DNA from: an uncultured Eubacteriales bacterium
GTDB taxonomy: Bacteria; Acidobacteriota; Aminicenantia; Aminicenantales; Aminicenantaceae
NCBI GenBank assembly: GCA_964456985.1
Contig: CAYWDH010000011.1
Location: 941-64,940 of the forward strand
Length of the DNA: 64,000 nucleotides
Direction of reading: 5' to 3'
Position numbers and translations under genes: made by a program. The notes under the pieces are model-generated. The model worked only from the letters and a program-made list of their open reading frames with translations. It was not told the origin of the DNA and did no database searches. This document shows positions 47,607-56,800 of the stretch, one piece after another (the first letter of the stretch is position 1; the number at the start of each line of letters is the position of its first letter).

Positions 47607-48503
47607 ATGAACTCAATAAAACTCAAATATAATCCAATAAATTATCTTTTATCTGCCAGACAGCTGGCCTGGGTAAAATATCAGACACTTGTTCGAATCC
47701 TCCAAAAACCTATAGACGATCCGGATGTTTCCCTCTGGCATAAAAAGCGGGATTCATCGGCAATAGTGGCAAACTTAAAGGCAAAACAGGGAGATTCAGG
47801 ATGGTTCCCCTCGTTGCCCTGGATGCATATCCATACTTACTATTTTCATCGGTTGATTGAGATGGGCTATGGATTAGAGGATGCAACTGTGAAGAAGGCC
47901 GCAGACAATCTTTTGAATTACCAATTACCGAATGGCGGATACATGCATCCAACCGGTCCGAGAGTAAATACACCAAATCCACAAGAAGGATGGGCTGCCT
48001 GTGTAACTGGTTATACTACCAAGGCACTAATGGATATTGGCTTAACTGATCATCCAAAAGTAAAAAAATCGCTAAATATTTTGTTAAACGGACAAAATTT
48101 TGATGGCGGTTGGATTTGCCAACGGGGCGGTCCTTGTCTTGATGAAAGTAGTTGTATCATCTCTGGATCACCGTGGGTATTTGCATGTCTTGTACAAGCG
48201 CACCTGATTGACGCCAATAGCTCAGTAACGAAAAAAGCAGTCAGGATGTTTAATAAGTTCAAAAAAGAAATTATAAATCATGGCTATATGCAGGACAGAT
48301 GTTATCGCTGTGACGAATCATTATTGATACCACCGTTATGTGGTTTAGGACATTCAGAACGAAATTCCCTTCTCAGTGACTTGATTGAATCGCTTATCAA
48401 AAAGCAACAACCGGATGGTTCCTGGCTGTTCAGGGATAAACGTTCGGCCTGGTATACAATTGAAGCTGTTGTTTCACTTCAGGCTGCGGGTATTAATATT
48501 TAA
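47607..48503 (+). CDS. Prenyltransferase / squalene-cyclase-repeat (alpha-alpha toroid) protein
   Basis: 298 aa with repeated QW-like units (NYQLPNGGY, NGQNFDGGW, KKQQPDGSW). Confidence 0.6.
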   Translation: MNSIKLKYNPINYLLSARQLAWVKYQTLVRILQKPIDDPDVSLWHKKRDSSAIVANLKAKQGDSGWFPSLPWMHIHTYYFHRLIEMGYGLEDATVKKAADNLLNYQLPNGGYMHPTGPRVNTPNPQEGWAACVTGYTTKALMDIGLTDHPKVKKSLNILLNGQNFDGGWICQRGGPCLDESSCIISGSPWVFACLVQAHLIDANSSVTKKAVRMFNKFKKEIINHGYMQDRCYRCDESLLIPPLCGLGHSERNSLLSDLIESLIKKQQPDGSWLFRDKRSAWYTIEAVVSLQAAGINI

Positions 48504-48546
48504 CCTGAGATTTTAAAACAAATCATACAAAAACAAATTCGGTTAT

Positions 48547-48645
48547 AAGGATGGGCTGATTTTTTTGATATTCTCTCTTTTTTGTGGGTTACTTGTTGAC
48601 CGGACGTGTTTTTTGTTTGTATTATTAATGGTGAAGTTGCTTTTC
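48547..48645 (+). repeat. Promoter-bearing repeat, copy 7 (left half, leader truncated)
   Basis: It starts with aaggatgggctga, a deleted form of the ..KGWAE.. transposase tail. TTGACC at 48596..48601 and TATTAT at 48620..48625, spacer 18 nt. Similarity stops after gtgaagttgctttt, 50 nt before the ATG at 48696. Confidence 0.75.
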
Positions 48646-48695
48646 AGCACATCTAAAACCATAAAGGCTCAGGAAAGTTTTAAAAGAGGAGAACT

Positions 48696-49394
48696 ATGAC
48701 AAAACATATAGGCATCATTGCATGCAGTGCTGAAGGAGCAGCCCTCTGTTATCGTACCATCTGTGCTGAATCACCTCAATATATGGGAGAGCACTTCCAT
48801 CCTGAAATCACCATACATACGCACTCTCTCGGGGATTATATGGTCCATATTCGGGAAGGGAACTGGACCGGAGTGGCTTCACTCATGCTCTCGTCTGTCC
48901 GAAAGGTTGCCAAATCAGGAGCTGATTTTGCCATCTGCCCCGACAACACAATTCATCAGGCTTACGACCTTTTCATTAAAGATTCTCCGATTCCCTGGTT
49001 GCACATTGCGGATACCGTTGGACAGAACGCGCGGAAAAAAGGATACGGCAGACTGGGCATTATCGGAACGAAATACCTTATGACCGGGCCTGTATATCCG
49101 AAAATCCTGGAGGCCATAGGCATATCCTGCGACATCCCTAAGCAAGAAGATCGGGAGCGGATTGACACAATTATCTTTAGTGAACTGGTTAAGGGAATTT
49201 TTACAGAAGAATCCAGAGGTTTTGTCAATAAAGTCATCCAGAGGCTAAGAGGTAGAGGTTGTGAAGCCGTCGTCTTGGGGTGTACGGAGATTCCTTTGCT
49301 GGTGGACCCCAAAGACTGTCCCCTTCCAACCCTTGATTCAACCCGTCTCCTAGCGAAAGCAGCTATAAAAGAAGCATTGAAAATGGACATGTGA
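48696..49394 (+). CDS. Asp/Glu-racemase-family protein (YgeA / aspartate racemase-like)
   Basis: 232 aa. Family blocks are present: HIGIIACSAEGAALCY, FAICPDNTIHQ (first Cys region, one residue longer than the CTNTMH type), GIIGTKYLM and VLGCTEIPLL. Confidence 0.7.
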   Translation: MTKHIGIIACSAEGAALCYRTICAESPQYMGEHFHPEITIHTHSLGDYMVHIREGNWTGVASLMLSSVRKVAKSGADFAICPDNTIHQAYDLFIKDSPIPWLHIADTVGQNARKKGYGRLGIIGTKYLMTGPVYPKILEAIGISCDIPKQEDRERIDTIIFSELVKGIFTEESRGFVNKVIQRLRGRGCEAVVLGCTEIPLLVDPKDCPLPTLDSTRLLAKAAIKEALKMDM

Positions 49395-49482
49395 TACCAC
49401 TGTTCCGGTTATGGAATGGGAAAACCGTCCAAGGGAGGGGGTTCGTCCATGAAGGCGTCAGCGCTTATCTTTAGGAAATTTC

Positions 49483-49621
49483 GATATTCTCTCTTTTTTG
49501 TGGGTTACTTGTTGACCGGATGTATTTTTTGTGTGTATTATTAATGGCGAAGCTGCTTTGAGGGCGGAAATTTGATGAAACGGAGGGAAAATCACAATCA
49601 ACAGAAAAAAGAAATCCCTAT
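49483..49621 (+). repeat. Promoter-bearing repeat, copy 8 (full length)
   Basis: TTGACC at 49512..49517 and TATTAT at 49536..49541, spacer 18 nt. The leader ends in atccctat at 49621, 38 nt before the ATG at 49660. The upstream segment 49395..49482 reads ..SGYGMGKPSKGG..ASALIFRKF.. and may be a further decayed transposase tail. Confidence 0.8.
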
Positions 49622-49659
49622 CTTTTAAATATACTTTAGCCATGTAATCGGAGGGGACA

Positions 49660-52600
49660 ATGACTATTGAGTGCCCGAAGTGTAGAGCCAAAAATCCCGA
49701 TGATACAGCTTTCTGCGGGAAATGCGGGACAAAACTCGACCTGGATGTAAGTCCCACAAAAACCATAGAAACACCAACCGAAGAACTCACTCGAAGAAGC
49801 ATCTTTGCCGGAAGATATGAGATCATCGAAGAGCTCGGCAAGGGAGGGATGGGCAGGGTCTATCGAGTAGAGGATAAAAAGACAAAAGAAGAAATCGCCT
49901 TAAAGCTGATCAAACCTGAGATAGCCACAGATAAAAAGACGATCGAAAGATTCCGGAATGAACTGACGACCGCCCGGAAAATAAGGCATAAAAATGTCTG
50001 TGGTATGTTCGATCTGGGAGAAGAAAAAGGGCTTCATTTCATCACCATGGAGTATATCTCAGGGCAGGATTTGAAGGGACTGATCAAGCAGTCAGCCCCA
50101 CTAAGCGTGGTCAGGACAATCATGGTCGCAAAACAGATCTGCGAAGGTTTAATTGAAGCCCATAAGCTGGGCATCGTGCACCGAGACCTCAAGCCATCCA
50201 ACATCATGATCGACAAAGAGGGCGACATCAAGATAATGGACTTTGGAATCGCACGTTATTTAAAGGGAAAAGGCATCACTGGCGCTGGAGTGATGATCGG
50301 AACACCCGAGTACATGAGCCCTGAGCAGGTAGAAGCCAAGGAGGTTGATCAGCGTTCTGACATCTACTCCCTCGGAATCATCCTGTATGAAATGACGACA
50401 GGCAAACTGCCCTTCGAGGCGGATACACCTTTTGCTGTAGGAGTAAAACAAAAAAGTGAAGAACCAGAGAATCCTAAGGATATCAATCCACAGATTCCTG
50501 AAGACCTCAGCCGAGTGATACTGAAGTGTTTGAATAAAGACAAGGGGAATCGATATCAGAATGCGGGAGAGGTTCAGTCAGAACTGGAGAATATTGAGAA
50601 AAACATACCCTCCACACAACGTGAAATTTCCAAGAAAAAACCCCTTACATCTAGAGAGATAACTGTGACATTGGGATTGAGGAGGCTCCTCATCCCTGCT
50701 TTTGTCATTATTGCCCTAGTCATTGCCGCAGTAGCTATCTGGCAGCTTCTTCCCCAAAAAAAAGCAGTAGCTACTCAAAAGATTGAGAACTCTGTGGCGG
50801 TCATCAGCTTTGAAAATCAGACAGGAGATAAAGCCTACGACTATCTGGGAAAAGCCATCCCTAGTCTCTTGATCACAAACCTTGAGAATACGGGGTATCT
50901 TTACGTGGCCACATGGGAGCGAATGCTTGATCTCCTTAATCAAATGGGGGAAAAAAACGTGCAGGTCATCGACAGGAATTTGGGTTTTGATCTCTGCCAG
51001 AGGGAAGGAATAGAAGCTATTGTTCTTGGTAGCTTCATCAAAATGGGAGATACGTTTGCTACTGATGTGAAAGTTCTGGATGTGGATACGATGAAACTTC
51101 TGACGAGTGCAAGCTCACAGGGTGAAGGAGTTGACAGTATTATAAAGACCCAAATTAATAAATTGAGTGAGGATATATCACAAGGGATAGGCATAGCCAG
51201 ACAGAAAATTGATGCAACTCAATTGCAGATCGCTGAGGTTACAACAACTTCAATGGAAGCTTATAACCATTTTTTAAAAGGGAAAGAGAACTATGATCTC
51301 TGGAATCATATTGATGCCCAGCGATTTCTTGAGAAGGCTGTTGAGCTTGATCCGACTTTTGCTATAGCCTACTACTATCTTGCTCTAACACACCATCGGC
51401 TGGGTGATAATAAATCGAGAGATGAGACTTTAGAGAAAGCTAAGGCATTTTCCGAGAAGGCGTCAGAGAAAGAGAGACTTTATATTGAAGCAGAATATGC
51501 TCTTACTATTGAAAATAATCGAGAAAAAAGATTTCGTATCCTAACACAAATGGAAAAAAAATATCCCAAAGAAAAACGAGTTAAGCATGATTTGGGTGTG
51601 TATTACCAAAGCATAAATCGGCATAAAGGAATAGAACTGTTTAAAGAAGCACTGGAACTCGATCCCAGCTATGGACTTGTCATTAATCAACTTGGGTACG
51701 CATATACTGGTTTGGATGATTACGAGAAGGCGATCGAATGTTTCAAGAAGTATGCCTTTCTTTATCCTAGAGATGCTAATCCACTTGACTCGTGGGCTGA
51801 AGCCTATTTCAAAATGGGAAGGCTTGACGAATCCATAGCGAAATACAAAGAAGCGTTAATAGTGAATCCCGACTTTTATAACGCTTACTGGAAGATAGGA
51901 TACATCTATGCTTTAAAGGAAAATTACTCTCAAGCAATGAACTGGGTTAATCAAGATATTTCTATAGCCCCCACTCTATCCACAAAAGCCGATGGTGGGT
52001 TTATTTGGAAAGGATTCTATTATGCATGGCTAGGGAGATTTGACGAAGCCCTCATCGAACTTAAGAGAGTTGTAGACATATGGAAGAAGGTGGAAAATAA
52101 AGGCTGGGAATCCGTAACGGAGAGGATAATAGCATGGATATACTTTGACAGAGGAGAGCTTGAATCTTGCAGAAAGCATTTTAAAAAAGGATTCGATGCT
52201 TACATAAAAAATCTACCAGAGGCCATATCATATATTACTTTAGCAAATAGCACTTATCTTGGGTTAGCGGAATTAAAGGAAGGGCGAATCGATTCTGCAA
52301 AATCAAGACTGTCTAAGATGAAATCTCTTCTACCTAAAATAAACAATAAATATGCACTTTTCTATTATGACATACTAAACGGAGAAGTGTTGCTTGCAGA
52401 AGGGTCCGTAGATAAGGCAATCGCTGTCTGCGAAAACACAAGAACTTTAGGAACGCCAGCTATTACACATAGTATAAGGACAATAATGTATAGCATTCCC
52501 TTCCTTAATGATGCGTTGGCGAGGGCCTATCTACAAAAGGAGGAGTTGGATAAAGCCATTGCCGAATACCAACAGCTGATTACCTTTGATCCAAACAGTG

Positions 52601-52785
52601 AAGAGAGGCGTCTTATTCATCCTAAACTTCATTATAGGTTAGCCAAATTGTATGAAGAGAAAGGCTTGAGAGGCAAAGCCAGGGCAGAGTACGAGAAATT
52701 CCTCGACCTGTGGAAAGATGCTGATCCAGGCCTCTCCGAGGTTGAGGATGCGAGGAAGCGGCTGGCGGGATTGAAGGGCAGCTGA
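49660..52785 (+). CDS. Ser/Thr protein kinase with N-terminal zinc ribbon, one TM segment, periplasmic domain and TPR repeats
   Basis: 1041 aa. It has a zinc ribbon (CPKCRAKNPDDTAFCGKCG). Hanks kinase motifs are present: GKGGMGRVY, ALKLI, HRDLKPSN, DFG and GTPEYMSPE. A TM helix (LLIPAFVIIALVIAAVAIW) follows. Then come AVISFENQTGDKAYDYLGKAIP and multiple TPR units. Confidence 0.85.
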   Translation: MTIECPKCRAKNPDDTAFCGKCGTKLDLDVSPTKTIETPTEELTRRSIFAGRYEIIEELGKGGMGRVYRVEDKKTKEEIALKLIKPEIATDKKTIERFRNELTTARKIRHKNVCGMFDLGEEKGLHFITMEYISGQDLKGLIKQSAPLSVVRTIMVAKQICEGLIEAHKLGIVHRDLKPSNIMIDKEGDIKIMDFGIARYLKGKGITGAGVMIGTPEYMSPEQVEAKEVDQRSDIYSLGIILYEMTTGKLPFEADTPFAVGVKQKSEEPENPKDINPQIPEDLSRVILKCLNKDKGNRYQNAGEVQSELENIEKNIPSTQREISKKKPLTSREITVTLGLRRLLIPAFVIIALVIAAVAIWQLLPQKKAVATQKIENSVAVISFENQTGDKAYDYLGKAIPSLLITNLENTGYLYVATWERMLDLLNQMGEKNVQVIDRNLGFDLCQREGIEAIVLGSFIKMGDTFATDVKVLDVDTMKLLTSASSQGEGVDSIIKTQINKLSEDISQGIGIARQKIDATQLQIAEVTTTSMEAYNHFLKGKENYDLWNHIDAQRFLEKAVELDPTFAIAYYYLALTHHRLGDNKSRDETLEKAKAFSEKASEKERLYIEAEYALTIENNREKRFRILTQMEKKYPKEKRVKHDLGVYYQSINRHKGIELFKEALELDPSYGLVINQLGYAYTGLDDYEKAIECFKKYAFLYPRDANPLDSWAEAYFKMGRLDESIAKYKEALIVNPDFYNAYWKIGYIYALKENYSQAMNWVNQDISIAPTLSTKADGGFIWKGFYYAWLGRFDEALIELKRVVDIWKKVENKGWESVTERIIAWIYFDRGELESCRKHFKKGFDAYIKNLPEAISYITLANSTYLGLAELKEGRIDSAKSRLSKMKSLLPKINNKYALFYYDILNGEVLLAEGSVDKAIAVCENTRTLGTPAITHSIRTIMYSIPFLNDALARAYLQKEELDKAIAEYQQLITFDPNSEERRLIHPKLHYRLAKLYEEKGLRGKARAEYEKFLDLWKDADPGLSEVEDARKRLAGLKGS

Positions 52786-52864
52786 TTTCCCGGGCAGCGC
52801 AGTTGGTGAGCCCAATCTGAGCTCAATCGATTTTTTGTCCCATTGAACACGTTTAGTATTAATT

Positions 52865-53012
52865 AAAGGATGGGCTGAATTTTCTGATATTCTCTCTTTC
52901 TTGTGGGTTACTTGTTGACCGGACGTGTTTTTTGTGTGTATTATGCTTAGAGGGCGAAAAATTTGATGAAACGGAGGGGAAATCACAATCAACAAAAAAA
53001 CCAAATTCCTAT
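52865..53012 (+). repeat. Promoter-bearing repeat, copy 9 (full length with a small internal deletion after the -10)
   Basis: It starts with aaaggatgggctga. TTGACC at 52915..52920 and TATTAT at 52939..52944, spacer 18 nt. The leader ends in aattcctat at 53012, 42 nt before the GTG at 53055. Confidence 0.8.
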
Positions 53013-53054
53013 CCTTACGAATCCATCTATTCCGAAATAAAGGAGCAACTGTAA

Positions 53055-53834
53055 GTGGAAATCATCATTTTACCTTCATATGAAAAAGTGAGCCTGGAAA
53101 TCTCCGGCAGGATCATTTCTGCTGTACAAAAAAAGCCGGATAGTATCCTCGGGCTTGCAACGGGAAAGACCATGCTCGGTATCTACCAAATATTAGTCCA
53201 GGCTTATAAAGAAGGGAAGGTCGATTTCCGGAAAGTCAAAACATTTAATCTTGACGAATACATCGGATTCGACAGCAGCGACCCTGTAACGTTTTTTTCT
53301 TATATGAATAAAAACTTTTTTTCACAGGTAAACATCCCTCCGGAAAATATATTCATTCCTCCCTCCAGACCTAAAAACATTGACTCAGCCTGTCAGAAAT
53401 TCGAAGAAGAGATCAAAAAAGCAGGGGGCATCGACCTCCAGATACTCGGTATCGGAAGAGAGGGGCACATCGGATTCAACGAACCCTCATCATCCCTTCA
53501 AGCCAGAACCAGGGTTAAAACCCTGACCAAGGCCACGATAAAGGATAATTTCGGGATGATAAAAGGGCCCAGATTCGTTCTAACCATGGGAATCGGCACG
53601 ATAATGGATTCCAAAGAGATCATCCTGGCTGCATCCGGGAAAAATAAAGCAGAGGCTGTGGCCAATGCTGTGGAAGGCCCTGTATCTGCTTCCTGTCCCG
53701 CCTCCATACTTCAGTTCCATAAACAAGTTAGAATAATCATAGACGAAAAAGCTGCCTCTCTTCTTAAAAGAAAAGACTATTACAAATGGGTATGGAAACA
53801 CAAAAATGAGGTCGATGATGTTCTCAAGGGCTGA
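53055..53834 (+). CDS. nagB: Glucosamine-6-phosphate deaminase
   Basis: 259 aa with a GTG start preceded by AGGAG. NagB blocks are present: LGLATGKTMLGIY, FNLDEYIG and ILGIGREGHIGFNEP. Confidence 0.88.
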   Translation: MEIIILPSYEKVSLEISGRIISAVQKKPDSILGLATGKTMLGIYQILVQAYKEGKVDFRKVKTFNLDEYIGFDSSDPVTFFSYMNKNFFSQVNIPPENIFIPPSRPKNIDSACQKFEEEIKKAGGIDLQILGIGREGHIGFNEPSSSLQARTRVKTLTKATIKDNFGMIKGPRFVLTMGIGTIMDSKEIILAASGKNKAEAVANAVEGPVSASCPASILQFHKQVRIIIDEKAASLLKRKDYYKWVWKHKNEVDDVLKG

Positions 53835-56800
53835 AAAAAGACTTGTTCTTTCTCTCCTCTTCATAGGAATGCTGTTTTTTAATGGAAAATACTTGAACGG
53901 AGAGAAAACAGTCAATATATGGGAAGAGGATATAAGCCTTCCAACCTACCTGACCGGAGAACCGGATATATTCCCTATCTTCTATAACGGCAGAGCCTAT
54001 CAGGGAGCACAGGGCAGAGTGTATCCGTATCCGCTTTTGGATACATTGACGGAAATCAGGGAAATGAAGTCCTATAGAGCTGTGTATCTGGAAAACAAAT
54101 ACGTAAAGCTTTGTGTCCTGCCTGAAATTGGGGGGAAACTCTTTTCAGCTCTGGATAAAACAAATGGTTATGACCTCATCTACAGGCAGTCTGTTATTAA
54201 GCCTGCACTGATAGGCATGCTGGGAGCATGGACATCGGGAGGCATTGAATGGGATTTCCCCCATCACCACAGGCCGACTGCCTTCATGCCCGTGGATCAC
54301 ACTACAACTGAAAATCCGGACGGAAGTAAGACAATATGGATTGGGGAGCTTGAATTAAGGCACCGGATGAGCTGGGTGGTAGGGATCACGCTGTATCCGG
54401 GCAGATCCTATATAGAGGCAACCGTTCAGCTTATCAACAGGACCCCTCTGGTTCATTCTTTTCTTTACTGGGCCAATGTGGCTGTGCATGCAAACGAACA
54501 TTATCAGGTCATATTTCCCCCTGATACTCAGTATGCGACATATCACGGTAAAAACCAGTTCACACACTGGCCCTTTTCCAGAGAGTTTTATCATCGAGTG
54601 GATTATTCCAAAGGAGTGGATATAAGCTGGTGGAAAAACCATCCTGCATCAACCTCCTTTTTTGCCTGGCAGAGTGAAGGTGATTTTTTAGCGGGTTATG
54701 ACTATGGAAAAAAAGCCGGATTGATCCATTGGGCTGACCATTATACGGTTCCAGGGAAAAAGCTGTGGAACTGGGGCACCGGGGAGATTGGAAAAATGTG
54801 GGAGAAGATCCTTACTGAAAAAGACGGCCCTTATATAGAACTCATGGTGGGTGCTTATTCAGACAACCAGCCTGACTACAGCTGGATACAGCCTTATGAG
54901 ATAAAAACATTGAAGCAGTACTGGTATCCCCTCCAAAAGATCGGAGGCGTCAAATCCGCCAATATCGAAGCGGCTCTGAATTTTGAATTCCCAAGTAAAG
55001 ATAAAGCAAGGATTGCGATCAATCTCACACGATTCAGAAAAAATGTTACCGTCGTGCTTTTCTCCGGAGAAAATATCCTTTTTAAAGATTCATCTGATAT
55101 CGGGCCAGGAAATCCCTATGTGCATGAGGTCAGGCTTCCATCCGGAATCAGTAAAAAAGACCTCAAAGTAAAAGTGTTTCATGATAACCAGGAATTGATA
55201 AGTTATGCTCCAAAAACCATGAAGAACGAGCCCATGCCGGAACCGGTCACACCTCCTCTTCCGCCCCATGAGATAAAAACAATCGAGGAACTTTACTTGG
55301 CGGGCTCCAGACTGGAGCAGTTCCACAATCCCAGAATCGACCCCAGTAAATATTATGAAGAAGCCCTGAGGAGGGATCCTTTTGATTTTCGCACAAATAC
55401 AGCTCTGGGTATCCTGCACATCAAAGCAGCCCAATACCCGCAAGCAGAAGAATGCTTGAGACGGGCCGTTAAAAGAATAACGGAAAACCACACAAATCCG
55501 AGGATGGGAAGGGCCCATTACTATCTGGGTGTAGTCCTCAGAGCGCTTGAAAAATATAAAGAGGCAGAAAAAGCCTTTGCCAAATCAACTTGGGACCATG
55601 CCTGGCGCTCAGCCGGAACATACCAACTGGCTGAACTCTGCTGTGTAAAAAAGGACTTCTCCGGGGCAATGAATTATCTATCAGGAATCCTCTCTTCAAC
55701 CGAAGAATCCGCAAAAAAAACCTCCCTTAAAACCACCATACTGAGAGAGACAAAGGAGTTCGTAAAAGCCGAAAACTCTGCGCAGGAATGCTTGAGAGCC
55801 AATCCTCTCGATTTCTGGGCACGAAACGAACTCTATCTTATAAGCCTTGAAAAGAACGAACCGGACAGAGCCAAGGAAGTCTTAAATGAACTAAAAAAAC
55901 TTATGCGCGATTCTGTGCAGTCCTATCTAGAACTCGCCCTTGATTACGGAAACTGCGGCTTTTACGATGAAGCCATCGATATTCTGTCAAGATATAAAAA
56001 AGAGGGTAAACCACACCCTCTTCCCTTTTATTATCTGGGATATTTTTTTAGGAAAAAAGGCCAAAAGGAAAAAGGTCTAGAGCTCTATCAAAAAGCATCG
56101 TCCCTGCCCTCGGATTACTGCTTTCCCTTCAGATCTGAAAGCATAAAAATACTCAAGGATGCGCTAAAAATCAATCCAAAGGATTCAAAAGCCGCTTATT
56201 ACTTAGGAAACAGCCTGTTTGAAAATCAGCCTGAAAAGGCTGTATCTTACTGGGAAAAATCCCGCACAATCGATCCCTCCTTTCCACTGGTTCACCGCAA
56301 CCTGGGCCTTGCTTATTCAAGAGAGGAAAAAAATATCGAAAAAGCGGTTCAAAGTATGGAAAAAGCTCTCAACCTGACCAAAAAAAACGCCAGGCTTTTC
56401 CTCGAGCTGGACCAGATCTATGAACTTGCCGGAAAAAGCCCTGAGTTCAGGCTTTCATTACTGGAAGAGAATCATGACGTTGTAACAAGCAACAGCGACG
56501 CTCTTATCCGTGAAATATCCCTCTTGATCCAAACCGGCAGATATGACAGGGCCATCCGTATAATGGATGCACATCATTTCCATGTATGGGAGGGCGGTGG
56601 AAGAATCCATAACTATCATGTTGATGCTCACCTGCTCAGAGGATACAACCACTTTTTATCAGAAGACTATAAGAATGCGCTGCTTGATTACAGAAAAACC
56701 CTTGAATATCCATTGAATCAGGAGGTAGGAAGACCCTATCAGGGAGGAAGGGAAGCGCAGATCCATTACTTCATTGGCCAGGCTTATGAACATCTCGGCG

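Noticed and set aside
18449-53004. Minus-strand ORFs 18449..18667, 22172..22504, 47269..47616, 49458..49841 and 52639..53004. Four of them (all but 47269..47616) share visibly similar peptide stretches (...IIHTK.TSGQQVTHKKE..., ...FPPFHQISAL...).
   Set aside because: The shared peptide is just the antisense translation of the repeat family. The ORFs have no consistent starts or ends and run into neighbouring genes on the opposite strand. The conservation is explained at the DNA level.
17113-53012. Whether the repeat arrays are a CRISPR array or integron attC cassettes.
   Set aside because: Copies are 60-140 bp long and separated by 1-3 kb or more of ordinary genes, not by 25-50 bp spacers. 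No cas genes, no integron integrase and no attC-like imperfect palindrome (R/L core sites) are visible. The repeats carry a promoter and transposase remnants instead.
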